In this document: positions 30,032 to 42,802 of the stretch, piece after piece
Position numbering within the stretch: the stretch's first letter is position 1
Layout: every line of letters begins with the position of its first letter
Assembly (NCBI RefSeq): GCF_009914755.1
Contig: NC_060932.1
Reading direction: 5' to 3' (one strand)
Source: the human T2T-CHM13v2.0 reference genome, Homo sapiens
Length of the DNA: 64,000 nt
The notes under the pieces: generated by a model
Seen by the model: only the letters and a program-made list of their open reading frames with translations
The model's database searches: none
Told to the model about the DNA's origin: nothing
Translations under genes and position numbers: made by a program

Positions 30032-30159
30032 AACCTGCATCAGATTTAAAAGTTGTTGACTGCAGGAGAAGTGAAGGCTTCTGCCAAGAATACTGTAATT
30101 ATATGGAAACACAAGTAGGCTACTGCTCTAAAAAGAAAGACGCCTGCTGTTTACATTAA
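30032..30159 (+). CDS. SPAG11: SPAG11 alternative terminal exon, isoform C beta-defensin domain
   Basis: T-rich acceptor ...aatgaag|AA CCT, encoding (E)PASDLKVVDCRRSEGFCQEYCNYMETQVGYCSKKKDACCLH*. Six-Cys motif; exons 1+2+3 = 113 aa. Confidence 0.94.
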
Positions 30160-30816
30160 AACTGATGTTGCTGATATAGAAACAAAGCTCTGCCACTTAC
30201 CTGTTCTCCGGGGCCACGTTGTCCAATCAGGTGCAGGTTTTTTGCGGAAGTGTCTGAGCAGCAGGGAGCGGAGATATTGCCACTTGTGCCAGACAGTTCA
30301 AATATTTTATTGTGGCAAGATAAATGACAAAAATGCTACCTGTGATCTTACAGAAGATGACTTAGCTTGACATGAACAGAATTTTCAAAATCACACAATT
30401 TGTGCTAGTAAATGTGGATATCATAAACTTTTATTAGAAAGAATTAAAATAATTTGTTCTTTTATTTAAAAACTATTTTTTGAATACCTACTTCTATTCT
30501 AGGTACTGTGCAATGGAGTCCATTCTATTCTAAGTACTGTGAAATGTAGTTGAGGTGTCAGGTGTGTGGTCAAACCCATTCTCCATCAGCCCCATCATCT
30601 CCTACCTGCAGGCCAGTTCGAAGCCCTGTTCTCTAGCAGCAGCTGAGAGAGTGTGCAGGCAAATGCCTTCTGGGGAGATACTGAGAGCTGGGAGTTACTG
30701 CCTGTTCTCTTTGTGCTAAACCTGGAAGAATACCCTCTGGAAGTCCTCTTGTGCCCCTTTAAAACTACCCATTTGTTCTCTGTGGCCTTAGAAGACACAA
30801 AATGCAGAGACCCATT

Positions 30817-31450
30817 TATAACCCGATGGTGCTGTGCAATTCCAGGCTTTTGGTGTCCTGAACAAAGAACTGGATGTGATACTCAGACAGCAAAGCAAGC
30901 AGCAAAAGTGTGTGAAGCGCAGTATTACATTCCCGGAGAGGGGAGAGTGGGCTGACTTCTGCCAAATGAGATTAGCATGGCTTCGGTGTACCTTGGGTCT
31001 TTTTATGTGTTTTTTCCCCTTCTCTTCGCAAGGCTGCCTGATCTTTTGCCGGTGCCTGCCTTTTGATAGATAGGTGTGTTGCTTAGTTACTTTAGCCTGT
31101 GCGGGCTTGTGAATTGTCTCCATCCCATAATTTTAACTACATGCGTGATAGGTAGTCCATATGCATGAGCTTTAATGAGCTGATTATCATACAGCATCCT
31201 GTTAAGGATACTTTTTCTCTTTAATGCGCATGCCTATCTCTGAAGAGCTGCCCCTTCCTGGTTTGATCTGGATCTTGCTGGCCATGGGGTCCTTGCTCTC
31301 TTCTTTATCTCACTTTTTCTTTTGGCTGCTTCACTTCTGCCTTTTATCTTGCTTCTTGCTCACCCACCCCTTCACCTTGCTTCTGTTTCTGCTTTTATTC
31401 ACTCTATCCTTTATCCAACTTCCAATTTCCTCTGCAATTCTCCTGCCTCA
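30817..31450 (-). mobile_element. Solo LTR, LTR18-like (ERVL)
   Basis: On the - strand it begins TGAGGCAGGAGAATTGCAGAGGAAATTGG and ends GCACCATCGGGTTATA. Flanking CATT duplication at 30813-30816 and 31451-31454. Family assigned from recollection. Confidence 0.75.
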
Positions 31451-32326
31451 CATTAACTTCTAGAGATAAGTGATTTAGGAGCCAGTCCCCCAGGTGGCAG
31501 CTATAAAACTGTGCTTGAAGTATTCTCCTTCAAGGGAGAAGCTGGAGACCTGGATTTCTTGCTGGAGCTAGTCGAGAGGAGCAGGCGCAGTGCCTACCTA
31601 TACCTCTGTTCAGGCTCCCACAGGTCTACTGTTCACCCTGCCCCTTTGGCTCCCAGATACAGACCCAGAAGTCAACCCTCAGGCAGCAGATGGGAAAATG
31701 GGTAGATAAACCCCTTGCAGGTAGAAACCGGGAGGTGGGCATTTACCTGCCTGCTCTGGCCTGAGCCCAGGGAGAGAGCTGCCAAAAGTGCTTGCAAATC
31801 TGTGTCCCACCATCTCTTTGGTGTCTGTGGTTTAGGGAGACCTGCAGATGCCCAGCTCTATCAACCCTGAGCTGGGTGATTTAGGAGCCAAACCCCTGGG
31901 TGGGAAGCATAAAGGTCAGGGTACTATATGTGTGGTCCAAACCCTTCACTCCTCAGGGAGAAGCTAGGAGTTGGGACTTCCTTACCAATTAATTGTAAGG
32001 TGTTATGTCTGGGATAGGGATTGTGCGGGGAGTGTGTCTCAGCTCTTCCCACCTGTTTTCACATGAATATTTTCTCAGTTGCTTGATGTGTAGTAGTCTT
32101 TCAATTAGTCCATGGTTTTCTCTCAGAAAGAACCGATCTGTCTGTTGATATTTCTTTGGTATATCCGTGGAAGGAAGGAAAGGCTGGAGCCTCTTAGTCC
32201 ACCATCTTGCAGATATCAGTCTGGCACACCCTTGATTACTGTGTAGTTGAGCGTTTTTTCTTTTGTTTATTGATCATTTTTTCTCTTCTGTAAAATTTAA
32301 TAGTTTTACTGGGTTACTACTTTATT

Positions 32327-32647
32327 CTCTTTTTTCTTTTTTTTTGAGACAGAGTTTCACCCTTGTTGCCCAGGCTGGAGTGCAATGGTGCGATTTTGGC
32401 TCACCACCACCTCCACCTCCCGGGTTCAAGCGATTCTCCCAGGTTCAAGCAATTCTCCTGCCTCAGCCTTCCTAAGTAGCTGGGATTACAGGTGTCCACC
32501 ACCATGCCTGGCTAATTTTGTATTTTTAGTAGAGACGGGGTTTCTCCATGTTGATCAGGCTGGTCTCAAACTCCCGACCTCAGGTGATCTGTCCGCCTCG
32601 GCCTCCCGAAGTGCTAGAATTACAGGCGTGAGCCACCGCGCCCGGCC
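32327..32647 (-). mobile_element. Alu with an internal 19-bp tandem duplication
   Basis: Reverse-complement Alu containing cccgggttcaagcgattctcc/cccaggttcaagcaattctcc in tandem at ~32419-32458. Confidence 0.94.
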
Positions 32648-33509
32648 AGGTTACCGCTTTATTCTTATCCATGTACATGTGCTCCTTTTATATCTAACCT
32701 TACATATTCTTTCCTCCATCAATTATCTTCCCTTTCTCTGGAATGCCTCCTGCTTAAACCCCAGTTATCCTTGAAATATCCTCTCATTATCTTTCAATCA
32801 TAATTTTCATGCATTTCCCTTTTGTTCTCTACTTTGCAGATATTTATTTTTATATCTGTAGAGCCCTTCTTTTTTTTTTTACTATTTTTGGATTTTGAAG
32901 TTCAGTTATTAGATTTTTAATTATTTTTAAATAGTCTTATATTTGCAAATAGTCCCTTTCTTTCTCAACGTGTGACTTTCTCATGGGATCTAATTCTCAT
33001 TTTGCTGACCACAGTTTCTCAAATCTCATTAGGAATAAATACATATTGATTGTTTTAAAACTGCATTTTTCCATTGAAATCGCACATATTCCAGTTCAGT
33101 TAAGTCTCTTCCAGTTTCTAAAAGTGCTGACTTCACTTCTGCTAGTTTTACACTGACCGCTAACATCTGCTTGCTCATGCAGACCAGCTGTGCAGGATTG
33201 CTTTGGTAGGGTAAGCAAGCGAGTGAGAGGTGGCAAAGAGTGAATGTGGGTAGAATCTGCTGTTTGTCTTAAACTTTTCTGTAGGGTATCTCTACTTAAA
33301 AGAAGTTTCATGGATGTTTTTAATAAATAAATAGGGAAGAAATAATGATATTTGCCTAATCTGTCCATAAAATCTTCATCAGTGATCATTATTTTAGGCT
33401 CAAGTTAATTAATAATAAACTGCACATCACAAAACTTTGAGCTCATTATTCTCTTTGCAGCTTTCTTTAATCCCCATAAATTAAAACTTCCTGCAAATAT
33501 TGTTATGTA

Positions 33510-33589
33510 TTAGATTGCTACAAAAGTAATTGTGGTTTTTGCCATTGAAAATAACGGTCAAAACCGCAATTACTTTTGCACCAACCTAA
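33510..33589. mobile_element. MADE1 (Hsmar1-derived 80-bp MITE)
   Basis: TTAGATTGCTACAAAAGTAATTGTGGTTTTTGCCATT...AAAACCGCAATTACTTTTGCACCAACCTAA: 80 bp, long terminal inverted repeats, TA on the left flank. Confidence 0.92.
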
Positions 33590-34585
33590 ATATAAGCATC
33601 TGGGTAAGAATCAGGATCCTGGGGCTCAGCATAGGAAAGAAACTAGGTACACAGAGCCCTTTACAGAATGCCACCTTTCCAGGCTTTTTTTCTGAACAAA
33701 GATGTTCCTTAATCAACTTATATATGGGCACACTCACACGGGGCTGATACCCACGGATAATGAAGGTATATGAAACTAGTCCTCACATACAAAACCAGAA
33801 GCACTGGTAACTTAAATAACCTCTTTGTAAAGCAATCTTAATATGTATGTAAGATATAAAATACTCGTTCTCATTGTTTCAGTTATTCTGCTCAGAAATT
33901 ATCCTGGGAAATAAAAAAATACTTTGAGAAACCAAAAAAAACTCTAAAAAGTTCAAAATGGAGCACTATATTAGCAAACTACAATAAATCTACTCAGAGA
34001 TATTACATATTCCTTAGGTATAATAAATATAACACAGTGAAAAACCATCAAAATGCATAACATTTTCAAAATACTTACATGTCCTAAAAATTATGATACC
34101 AATGTTCACATATTTGATATAAAATTAACTGTGAAAAGTATGCTTAAAAACAATAAAGTTTCTAATGTTAAAATTATTGGTGATTTTTAGATATTTGCAC
34201 CTTTAAAAATACCATCAAGTTATTGCATTACTCTTAAATGTTAAATATACGTTTGTAAGAACAAAATTAATGTGCCTAAAAATAAACATATATATGTATA
34301 TACAAAGATATCACTTAATTATAAGCAAAGACATTCTGTTGTAGACTTAAGTTGCATCCAGAAACTCACAGAGTTAACATAAGAAAGCGCTTTCTGGGCA
34401 GTAAGATGATAAGACTCCTTGTTTGCATAGCGGTGAGTAAAAATAAATAAAAATTTTATAAAAAGATGATATGACATTTAAAGCATGTTACCCAGGGAGA
34501 TTTTGGAGCCTACCTGGGATTCATAAAAAACAGGTAGAAACTGATTTTTTTTTCCTCTCATTCTTTGATATTATAATATTTGCAG

Positions 34586-34775
34586 TGCTGGGTTGTGGAC
34601 AAGGGGAGGGAGAGCATTAGGACAAATACCTAATGTATGTGGGGCTTAGAATATAGATGACGGGTTGATGGGTGCAGAAAACCACCATGGCACATGCATA
34701 TCTATGTAACAAACCTGCACGTTCTGCACATGTATCCCAGAACTTAAAGTAAAATAAAATAAAAATAAATAAAAA
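34586..34775 (+). mobile_element. L1PA extreme 3' end
   Basis: gggagagcattaggacaaatacctaat...aaacctgcacgttctgcacatgtatcccagaacttaaagtaaaataaaa plus an A-rich tail. Confidence 0.9.
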
Positions 34776-35649
34776 TTACAGACGTTAAAAAAACAAATGT
34801 GCCATCCTGCTTGGAGACAACTGAATAAATATAATGGGTTCTCAAGGTCAGTCCTGAGCCACCAATTCCGTTAGTTATGCATTCTTTGTTCTCACAGCAG
34901 CTTTTTAGTACAGGCCCCTGAGCCCTGATGAGGTTTTATGGCCACCAGTTTTACGCAGTGGGAAGAGGTCCTTAGACAGAAGCTTGCTGGAGGCTGTCTC
35001 AGAACGCACTGCAGCACACCTGACTGCCTTGTATTCCACTCTGCACGCCCACCTTCCGCGCAGCATCCTTCCCTCCACTGCACCCCAGCAGCTTTTCCCG
35101 GGATTTGATCCTTCTGACTCATCCATTGCTCAGAGAGTCCCCATCATCAGGAAGCCTGTCTTCTCTTCAATGCCTGAGGTTTGCGGGGCAAGGAACAGGT
35201 GGGCAGGCTCAGTCAATTCCACCCCATTGCACCTCGTGTGACATAAATAATGGGCGCTTCTAATCTTTTCTTCCTGTCCCTACATGTGGTCGTCACCGCA
35301 ACTCTGCAGGCTTGACCTGCTCTCACCTGGCTTATTTTTACCTCTTTGGGTCATGGGAAATGACCTTCTGCACCCAGGGAATCTCCCTTAGTTGATAAGA
35401 CCAAAATGGAAATAAATAATAAGACCAAAATGGAAAGTTAGTATGCCTTCATAAAGAGAGATTAAATTCATGAACACAAACCCTGCCTCTTTCTTGAAAA
35501 CCCAAAATACATAAATAAATAAAACCTCCGGAGCAAGAGGAGTAACATTAGCATTGTCCATGAGGATAAAAAAGTGGGGAGAAACCCCAGCTGACTTTTT
35601 CATCATCCCAAAAGGAGACACCAGTAAGCAGCCACTGGATTTGCCAGCT

Positions 35650-36630
<981 letters not shown>

Positions 36631-39135
36631 ATATTTTTTAAAATATAGAAACATTTTTTCTACTATCAAATGTTTGCAAACCCAAAGTTATCTTTCCTCT
36701 CTTCTCCTTACACTCTTCTTTTCCATTCATGAGTATGATGCACATCAGAATAATTAGCTTGTGTGTTGGCACAAATTGAACTCTATTTCCTTTCAACTCT
36801 GCAATTATATGAACCTATGAACCTATAACCAGATATTAACAAAATTAGCCAATAAGCGTGATTTTCTAGTTTGATTTCTTTGAAATGATATGCCTTATTC
36901 TTCAGAATTATCCACAAAATAGTTCCGTGGGGATTGCTTTCTGGGTCTGTGATTTGGGAATGGATTCAAGTCTGGAGGAGAAGGTACATGATAAAATTTA
37001 ATACTATTAATTTATTTCTCCCCCAAATGAATTTATTTTCCAACATAGTTTATTGTTTCCAAACTATACAGAAATTTTCTAAACTATAATTTCACAATGA
37101 TTTGATTAGTAACTGTACTGCTAGAAAAAATATGCCATCCACATTTACCTTGGATCCTTTCCAAATAACGTGTAGTATAAATAGAAAGAATGAATGTAAA
37201 GTATAAAATATGCATTTTATTGTTTTATCTATAAGTCATCTTAGTGACTTTTAAAAAATGACTCAAATTTTTGAATATCCACACTCAGTGTTTTTATCAA
37301 ACAATGGTTCATGTATCGTACAGCCACTTTGTCCATGCACAGGATACATTCAGAATTGTCATTATTCCTTGGGACCCTTGAACTTAGGGTATCATCTTTG
37401 TGTGGAAGCCAATTTCCCTAAGGGGCAAATGAAATTGCTTTTCTTTCTTTCTTTTTTTTTTTTTTTTTTTGAGAGATTTCAGAGATGTCTTCAGAACAAA
37501 TGCTCCACAGAGAAAGAATTTCACATTTTAATCGATTTCTTAAAGTACTGAGTTGGACCCTCACAAATATTCATAACTATTTTACAATTACTTAGTACAT
37601 AGCTAACATTTAAGGTAACTTTTTTTTTTCTCTCTTTTTTTTTGGTGGAGGGTCAAAAGCAGCTTGGAGTGCCCAATTTTCCCTAAAGTCTTAACTTCAA
37701 AGGTGATTTTGCAAGGTACAGAAAGGTCTGTGAGTCAGAGAGTCCCTGCCAGGGCACATTGTCCTGCTTAATCTCTCCAGAGGTGGAAAGTTCCAAATGA
37801 ACACCCAGACCCTGCCTCTTTGAGATGCTCACACTGTTCACCCATGCAGAAAGTCCAAGACCACTGCTTGATGTCTCTTTTTCAAAATCCATGTCTAGGT
37901 AAGACTCATGGTGAGATATGGTTGTTGTAGACTGGTTAAATAACGCAGAAGACAGCTTGCAGAAAATATGATGTGTCTAATCTGAAGAATAACAAGGCTC
38001 TGCAAGCTATAACAAGTAATATAGGCAAGTCCAGAATGATATCTAGAGTCTGCTATTGCTTACATAAAAATGGGGTATGGATTCATCTCTGCTTCCATAC
38101 ACATGGGACACCTCTGGAAGGATTAATAAGAAGCTAACAGCAATTGTTATGAAGCCCAGGGGGATAGGAGAGAAGACATCCTTCTCACTTGCCCCTTTTG
38201 CTTAAGAGAATTTTAAGGGAAATAAATCTAAGTGATCCTGGGACTAAAATCAAATAGGGGCAAAATGTGCAGCTTTATCCACTGTGTGTTTTAATACCAC
38301 ACATTATATAAACCCACACACAAAAATATCGTGTCCTTGCAGATTCTGTTTTCACAACTCCCAGCACCCCAGAGCCCACAAACCTCCCTCCAGCCCAGGA
38401 TGACACAGCCCTGTGGTTGCCGGGGGCTCTCTGCATCCCTCACTAGACTGTCACCTCCGACAGCGGATAACTTCATCAAATGAGAGAAGAGCATGTCCTC
38501 TTCCTCCAAAGTAGACAATATCCTGGCTCTTCATAAATAGGTGAATTTTGCCAAATTTTTGGAATAATGTGGTACGTTGTCTCTGTTTTTTTTTTTCTTT
38601 CAGCATAGCGTTTGTGAGGTTCATCCACGTTGTTGTACACATCTTCTTGTTTTTCTATTCTTGTTGTGGTGTGGAAATACATTGTGTTTTGTTGTTGTCA
38701 TAATACACTATTTGGTTGCATTCTCTTGGCTGCAAGGAAATGTGCTACAATGAACGTTCGTGCACATGTCTCCTAATGCACGTGGGCCTATGTTTCTGTT
38801 GGTAGATGGGAGTCATGTTGCTGGGAAATAAGCTAATTATCTGCTCAACTGTGGTGGACACCGCAGCTTTCTGAAGGCAGAAAATATATCTTTACACAAC
38901 CATGTCTCTAGCACCTAGCACAGGGCTTGGCACTAAGTAGCCACACCTCAATGTTGGTTCACTTTCCTCTTCAATATCCGTATATGGAATTATTGGTTGA
39001 TCCCTGCTTCTCTGAATATCAGGAAGCCAGTCTATTTTTAGGCAGAAAGGGAAGAGTAGTCAGTAACCTTCTGCCCACAGCCTTACTCAGTAGAGCAGAT
39101 AAATATGCTCATGCTGATCAGTATTCCCAAAAACC

Positions 39136-39141
39136 TATAAA
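39136..39141 (+). promoter_or_regulatory. SPAG11: TATA box of the internal SPAG11 promoter B
   Basis: TATAAA 104 nt upstream of the ATG at 39240. Confidence 0.6.
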
Positions 39142-39239
39142 TGTCCCATTTTGTGCCTTCTCCGCTCCATTTCATTCCATCATTCATCATATTTGTGCTC
39201 CTTCACGGGAGGGCAGGGAGGTTCAACGGACCTTAAAAC

Positions 39240-39294
39240 ATGAAGGTCTTTTTTCTGTTTGCTGTTCTCTTTTGTTTGGTCCAAACAAACTCAG
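39240..39294 (+). CDS. SPAG11: SPAG11 internal first exon (promoter B; signal peptide of isoforms B/E)
   Basis: MKVFFLFAVLFCLVQTNS G|gtaaat; 55 nt, phase 1. Joined to 40655-40842 it gives an 80-aa beta-defensin. Confidence 0.94.
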
Positions 39295-40023
39295 GTAAAT
39301 GTCTCCTGGTTAGCCCTGGGGAAGGTAGTGCAGGAATTCCATTTATGTGTGTGTCTGTATGGACAGTGTGTAGATGTGTCTGTATGTTGTTAGTGGATGC
39401 AGGTGGGCCACTGTGGGGCTCAGTCTTGGACAATTTTGATCTCCCCTGTGAAGTTTTTTAAAAGCTAAATAAGTGTTATAAAGGTCTTGACACAAGACAA
39501 AGGGGTATGCTTGCTCTGATACAAGTGGCAAGCACTCACTGCAGTCTGAGAAAAGTTTTCAGAAGGAAGTTATAGTCATATGAATGTCAGAGCTGGAAGG
39601 GAATCAGAGATTGTCTATAGCAGCCCCATGCTCTACAAAAAGAAAACCAAAGTCCAGAGAAAGTGTTAATTTACCATGGTGCAATGAATCTTTATGGTCA
39701 TAGTAGGTCTTCAAACTTATAATATTCCCCCTGCTTGCACATAGAACACATTTTACAGATGGGCAAGCTGAAGTGTAACCAGTTAAATGAGTTGTCTAAG
39801 GAGACATAATGAGATATTGGAAGAAGTAAGACCAGAATCCAGTCTCCACGCTTCCAGGCTGGGGGCTCTTCTGTCTTGACTAAAGGTGGACCCCCCACCT
39901 TCTTCACTTTGCTGTCTCCTCCAAGCTGTGACAGGGCTGAGATGATACAGAATCAGGGATTAGACCCCGTTTGGAGGTTGGATGTTGTGCAAGAGTGTTT
40001 TCCTAATCACGCAAGACCAACAC

Positions 40024-40062
40024 TGTGCTGTTGTTGTTGTTGCTGCTGTTGTTGCTGCTGTT
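40024..40062. repeat. (GTT/GCT)n microsatellite
   Basis: tgtgctgttgttgttgttgctgctgttgttgctgctgtt. Confidence 0.9.
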
Positions 40063-40291
40063 TAAAGTCATCGTACGTGGCATTTGCAGATCTGACATAA
40101 GTAAGATCTTTCTTTCAACCATCTCTTGCCCAATGTCCTGTTGTTATAAAAATTTAGGTGGTCATTTGTGACTTACAAGCCCACAGGTCCTGGTGAGGAG
40201 AGAGGTTTTATTTTCTCCTTTTCGTTGTAGGACATAAAACTAAAAATTGGGCCATAAGTTGAGAATGGGTTAATACCTCTAATTTCCTTAG

Positions 40292-40432
<141 letters not shown>

Positions 40433-40654
40433 TGAGCATTCATAAAACACACCCTATCATCCTCCTGGCAACATTTCAGATATAAATTATCGTTCCTGTT
40501 TTAAAGCTAAGAGGCCAAAGTTCGGTTAAACTGGGGCTTGTCCAAAAGTACTTAGCCTTGTCAGAATATATAACCCTTGGCAGCGGGCTGGGGTCATCTT
40601 CTATTCTCTGCACTATATGAGTTAAATGTCAACTCTCTTCTGTTGTATCCATAG

Positions 40655-40842
40655 GGGATGTTCCACCGGGAATTAGAAATACCATCTGCCGTATGCAGCA
40701 AGGGATCTGCAGACTTTTTTTCTGCCATTCTGGTGAGAAAAAGCGTGACATTTGCTCTGATCCCTGGAATAGGTGTTGCGTATCAAATACAGATGAAGAA
40801 GGAAAAGAGAAACCAGAGATGGATGGCAGATCTGGGATCTAA
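40655..40842 (+). CDS. SPAG11: SPAG11 exon encoding the isoform D/E beta-defensin domain; alternative frame ends GCSTGN* at 40676
   Basis: gtatccatag|GG GAT..., encoding (G)DVPPGIRNTICRMQQGICRLFFCHSGEKKRDICSDPWNRCCVSNTDEEGKEKPEMDGRSGI*. Six-Cys motif. Confidence 0.96.
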
Positions 40843-40919
40843 AATATAAGCTCCCGGAAGGCAGGGATGTTGAAGTATCCCAAGGGCTTAAAGGAATGTG
40901 TGGCTTATAGTAGGTGTTC

Positions 40920-40925
40920 AATAAA
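40920..40925 (+). terminator. SPAG11: Polyadenylation signal for SPAG11 isoforms ending in the D/E exon
   Basis: AATAAA 78 nt after the TAA. Confidence 0.7.
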
Positions 40926-42746
40926 TATTTGTTGAATGAATTTAGCACCAAAGGTGAAGAGCTGATAAAAGACATTTTTTTAACTTCCTTACTTCTCCAT
41001 GTACTGCCTTTTCAAAGGGGTCTCAGAATTTTGTGATATTCCACTTTCCTTTCCTAGTCAAGGGAATATCTCTTAAGTATCTGGAGATGGGAACTGACTA
41101 GAAACCGAGCTCCAAACTGATTTTCAGAGAGACATAAATGCAACCAATCTGCTGCTCTGTTTTCCTTCTGATGACATCTTTCTTACCACACCCAGCACTA
41201 GCCTTCTCCTGCTTATTCACCCAGATGGTAATGCACCTTATCCCTTTTCCCTTTATGCCTCCTCAAGCAATAACACCAACAGGTCACATTTCAGTAGGAT
41301 AGTGTTGTTTTCAAGCATTTACTCTTAGGCTATTTCAATTTATTAATACAACAAGCTGATAGTGTGTATAATAGGGGGTAAGCAGGTCCATTTTAGGAAT
41401 GAAAGAAAAATGAAAATCATCAGGTGAAGCACATTTCCCCCAGGCTAGCAATTCATAAATGGCATTCTCAGTATGCCTATCAGCCAGCATTCATTCTTCT
41501 ATGATCCTTCTAAAAAACATATTTCTGTGCAATTGGAGCAAGGCAGGGCCCCTGTTCATGGAGATTCCTGAATGCTTAGCTGCCTTTTGCCTTTCTCTGG
41601 ATCCTGCTTGAATTTGTTGAATACTAATTCCAATAGTAGTGAACACCAATTACAAGTAAGGAATTTAAAAAATAATAAAAACAAACGTGCTGAGAGATAG
41701 AGACCACATGCCAAGCTTTTTCCTGACTGACAGGTGGCTTGGGAAGATGCTCTGTGTTCCTGTTTCTGTCGCTGCCTGAGTCCAGTGTGCTTCTGAATGA
41801 GCTGAGGTGCTGTAAAGAGCCCACTAGAATGTACACTTTGGGGCTACAGTCTCAATTCCCAGCTCAAGTTGCAATGAATATTTGTCATCTTGCCTTTGGC
41901 CTCTCGCAACCTCTTCTAAACTCACTCTTGTTTTTTTTCTTTTCTAAATGCAATCAGACAGACCTCTGGAAGTGCACAGAGTAAGTCTCTCTTAGGCACA
42001 GGCACCGCTGCAGGGCTCTCTGTCATGCCTCTAGAGGGGAGAGCCATTGTTCCATCCCTGAAGGGAATGACTTCCTGAAGGGCATTGGCCCCTATTAGCC
42101 TTGGCTGAGAGTGAAACGCAGCAAACGTGCATGCCTCAGAACTGGCAGACACGTTCTCAGCCAGGAGTGCCACCAACCCACACCAGCAGATCTGTGTACC
42201 AGAAACACAAAATAACATGAAGGGCCACTGGGGGGCTGGAGCCTGGTTCCATAAGGATGGGACTTCTGGGCAGGTGCCGTTAGACAGCAGCACCTTCTTT
42301 TGGCCTCATGTTCCTCAGAAATGAAATGAAGGAGGTGGGCTCGATCTCAGACTCCATCAGAGCACAGCAGCCTGGGGGTGTGGAAGCAGAGCCTCACCCA
42401 AGGACCAAGGGGTCTCCACCAGGTGAGATGGGGAGGATGGGAACCCCGTCCCTCCCTGCCAGGGTGCTGCAGGTGAGAACCCCCAGGGAGCCCTCTGCAG
42501 AGTCCAGGGCCGGCCAGCAGGGCACTCGCGTGGGCCCTAGGCTGTATTATTTAATATTTTTAAGGTGGTCCCTGGGCCTGGGCTGATCTAAATTGTGGAA
42601 AATGTCATCTCCCTCTTATGTAAAATTTCTCCAAAGGAAGTGTTTGTCCACCTGTAAGGCATGGTAAAAAACTAGTACCTATGGCGTTGCCCAGCACAAA
42701 ACAGGCTGTCTGGGAGTGTTTGCTGAGGCTTCCGGGAAGCAAACAC

Positions 42747-42802
42747 GGAAGGGAAGGGAAGGGAAGGGGAGGAGAGGGGAAGGGAAGGGACGGGAGGGAA
42801 GG
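42747..42802. repeat. (GGAAG)n purine-rich repeat
   Basis: ggaagggaagggaagggaaggggaggagaggggaagggaaggg... Confidence 0.85.

Noticed and set aside
34880-34960. Slight resemblance of the - strand KPH motif to a histone H3 retrocopy
   Set aside because: Similarity does not extend beyond a few codons.
39876-40100. ORF with a poly-Cys run
   Set aside because: The Cys run is just the (GTT/GCT)n microsatellite.
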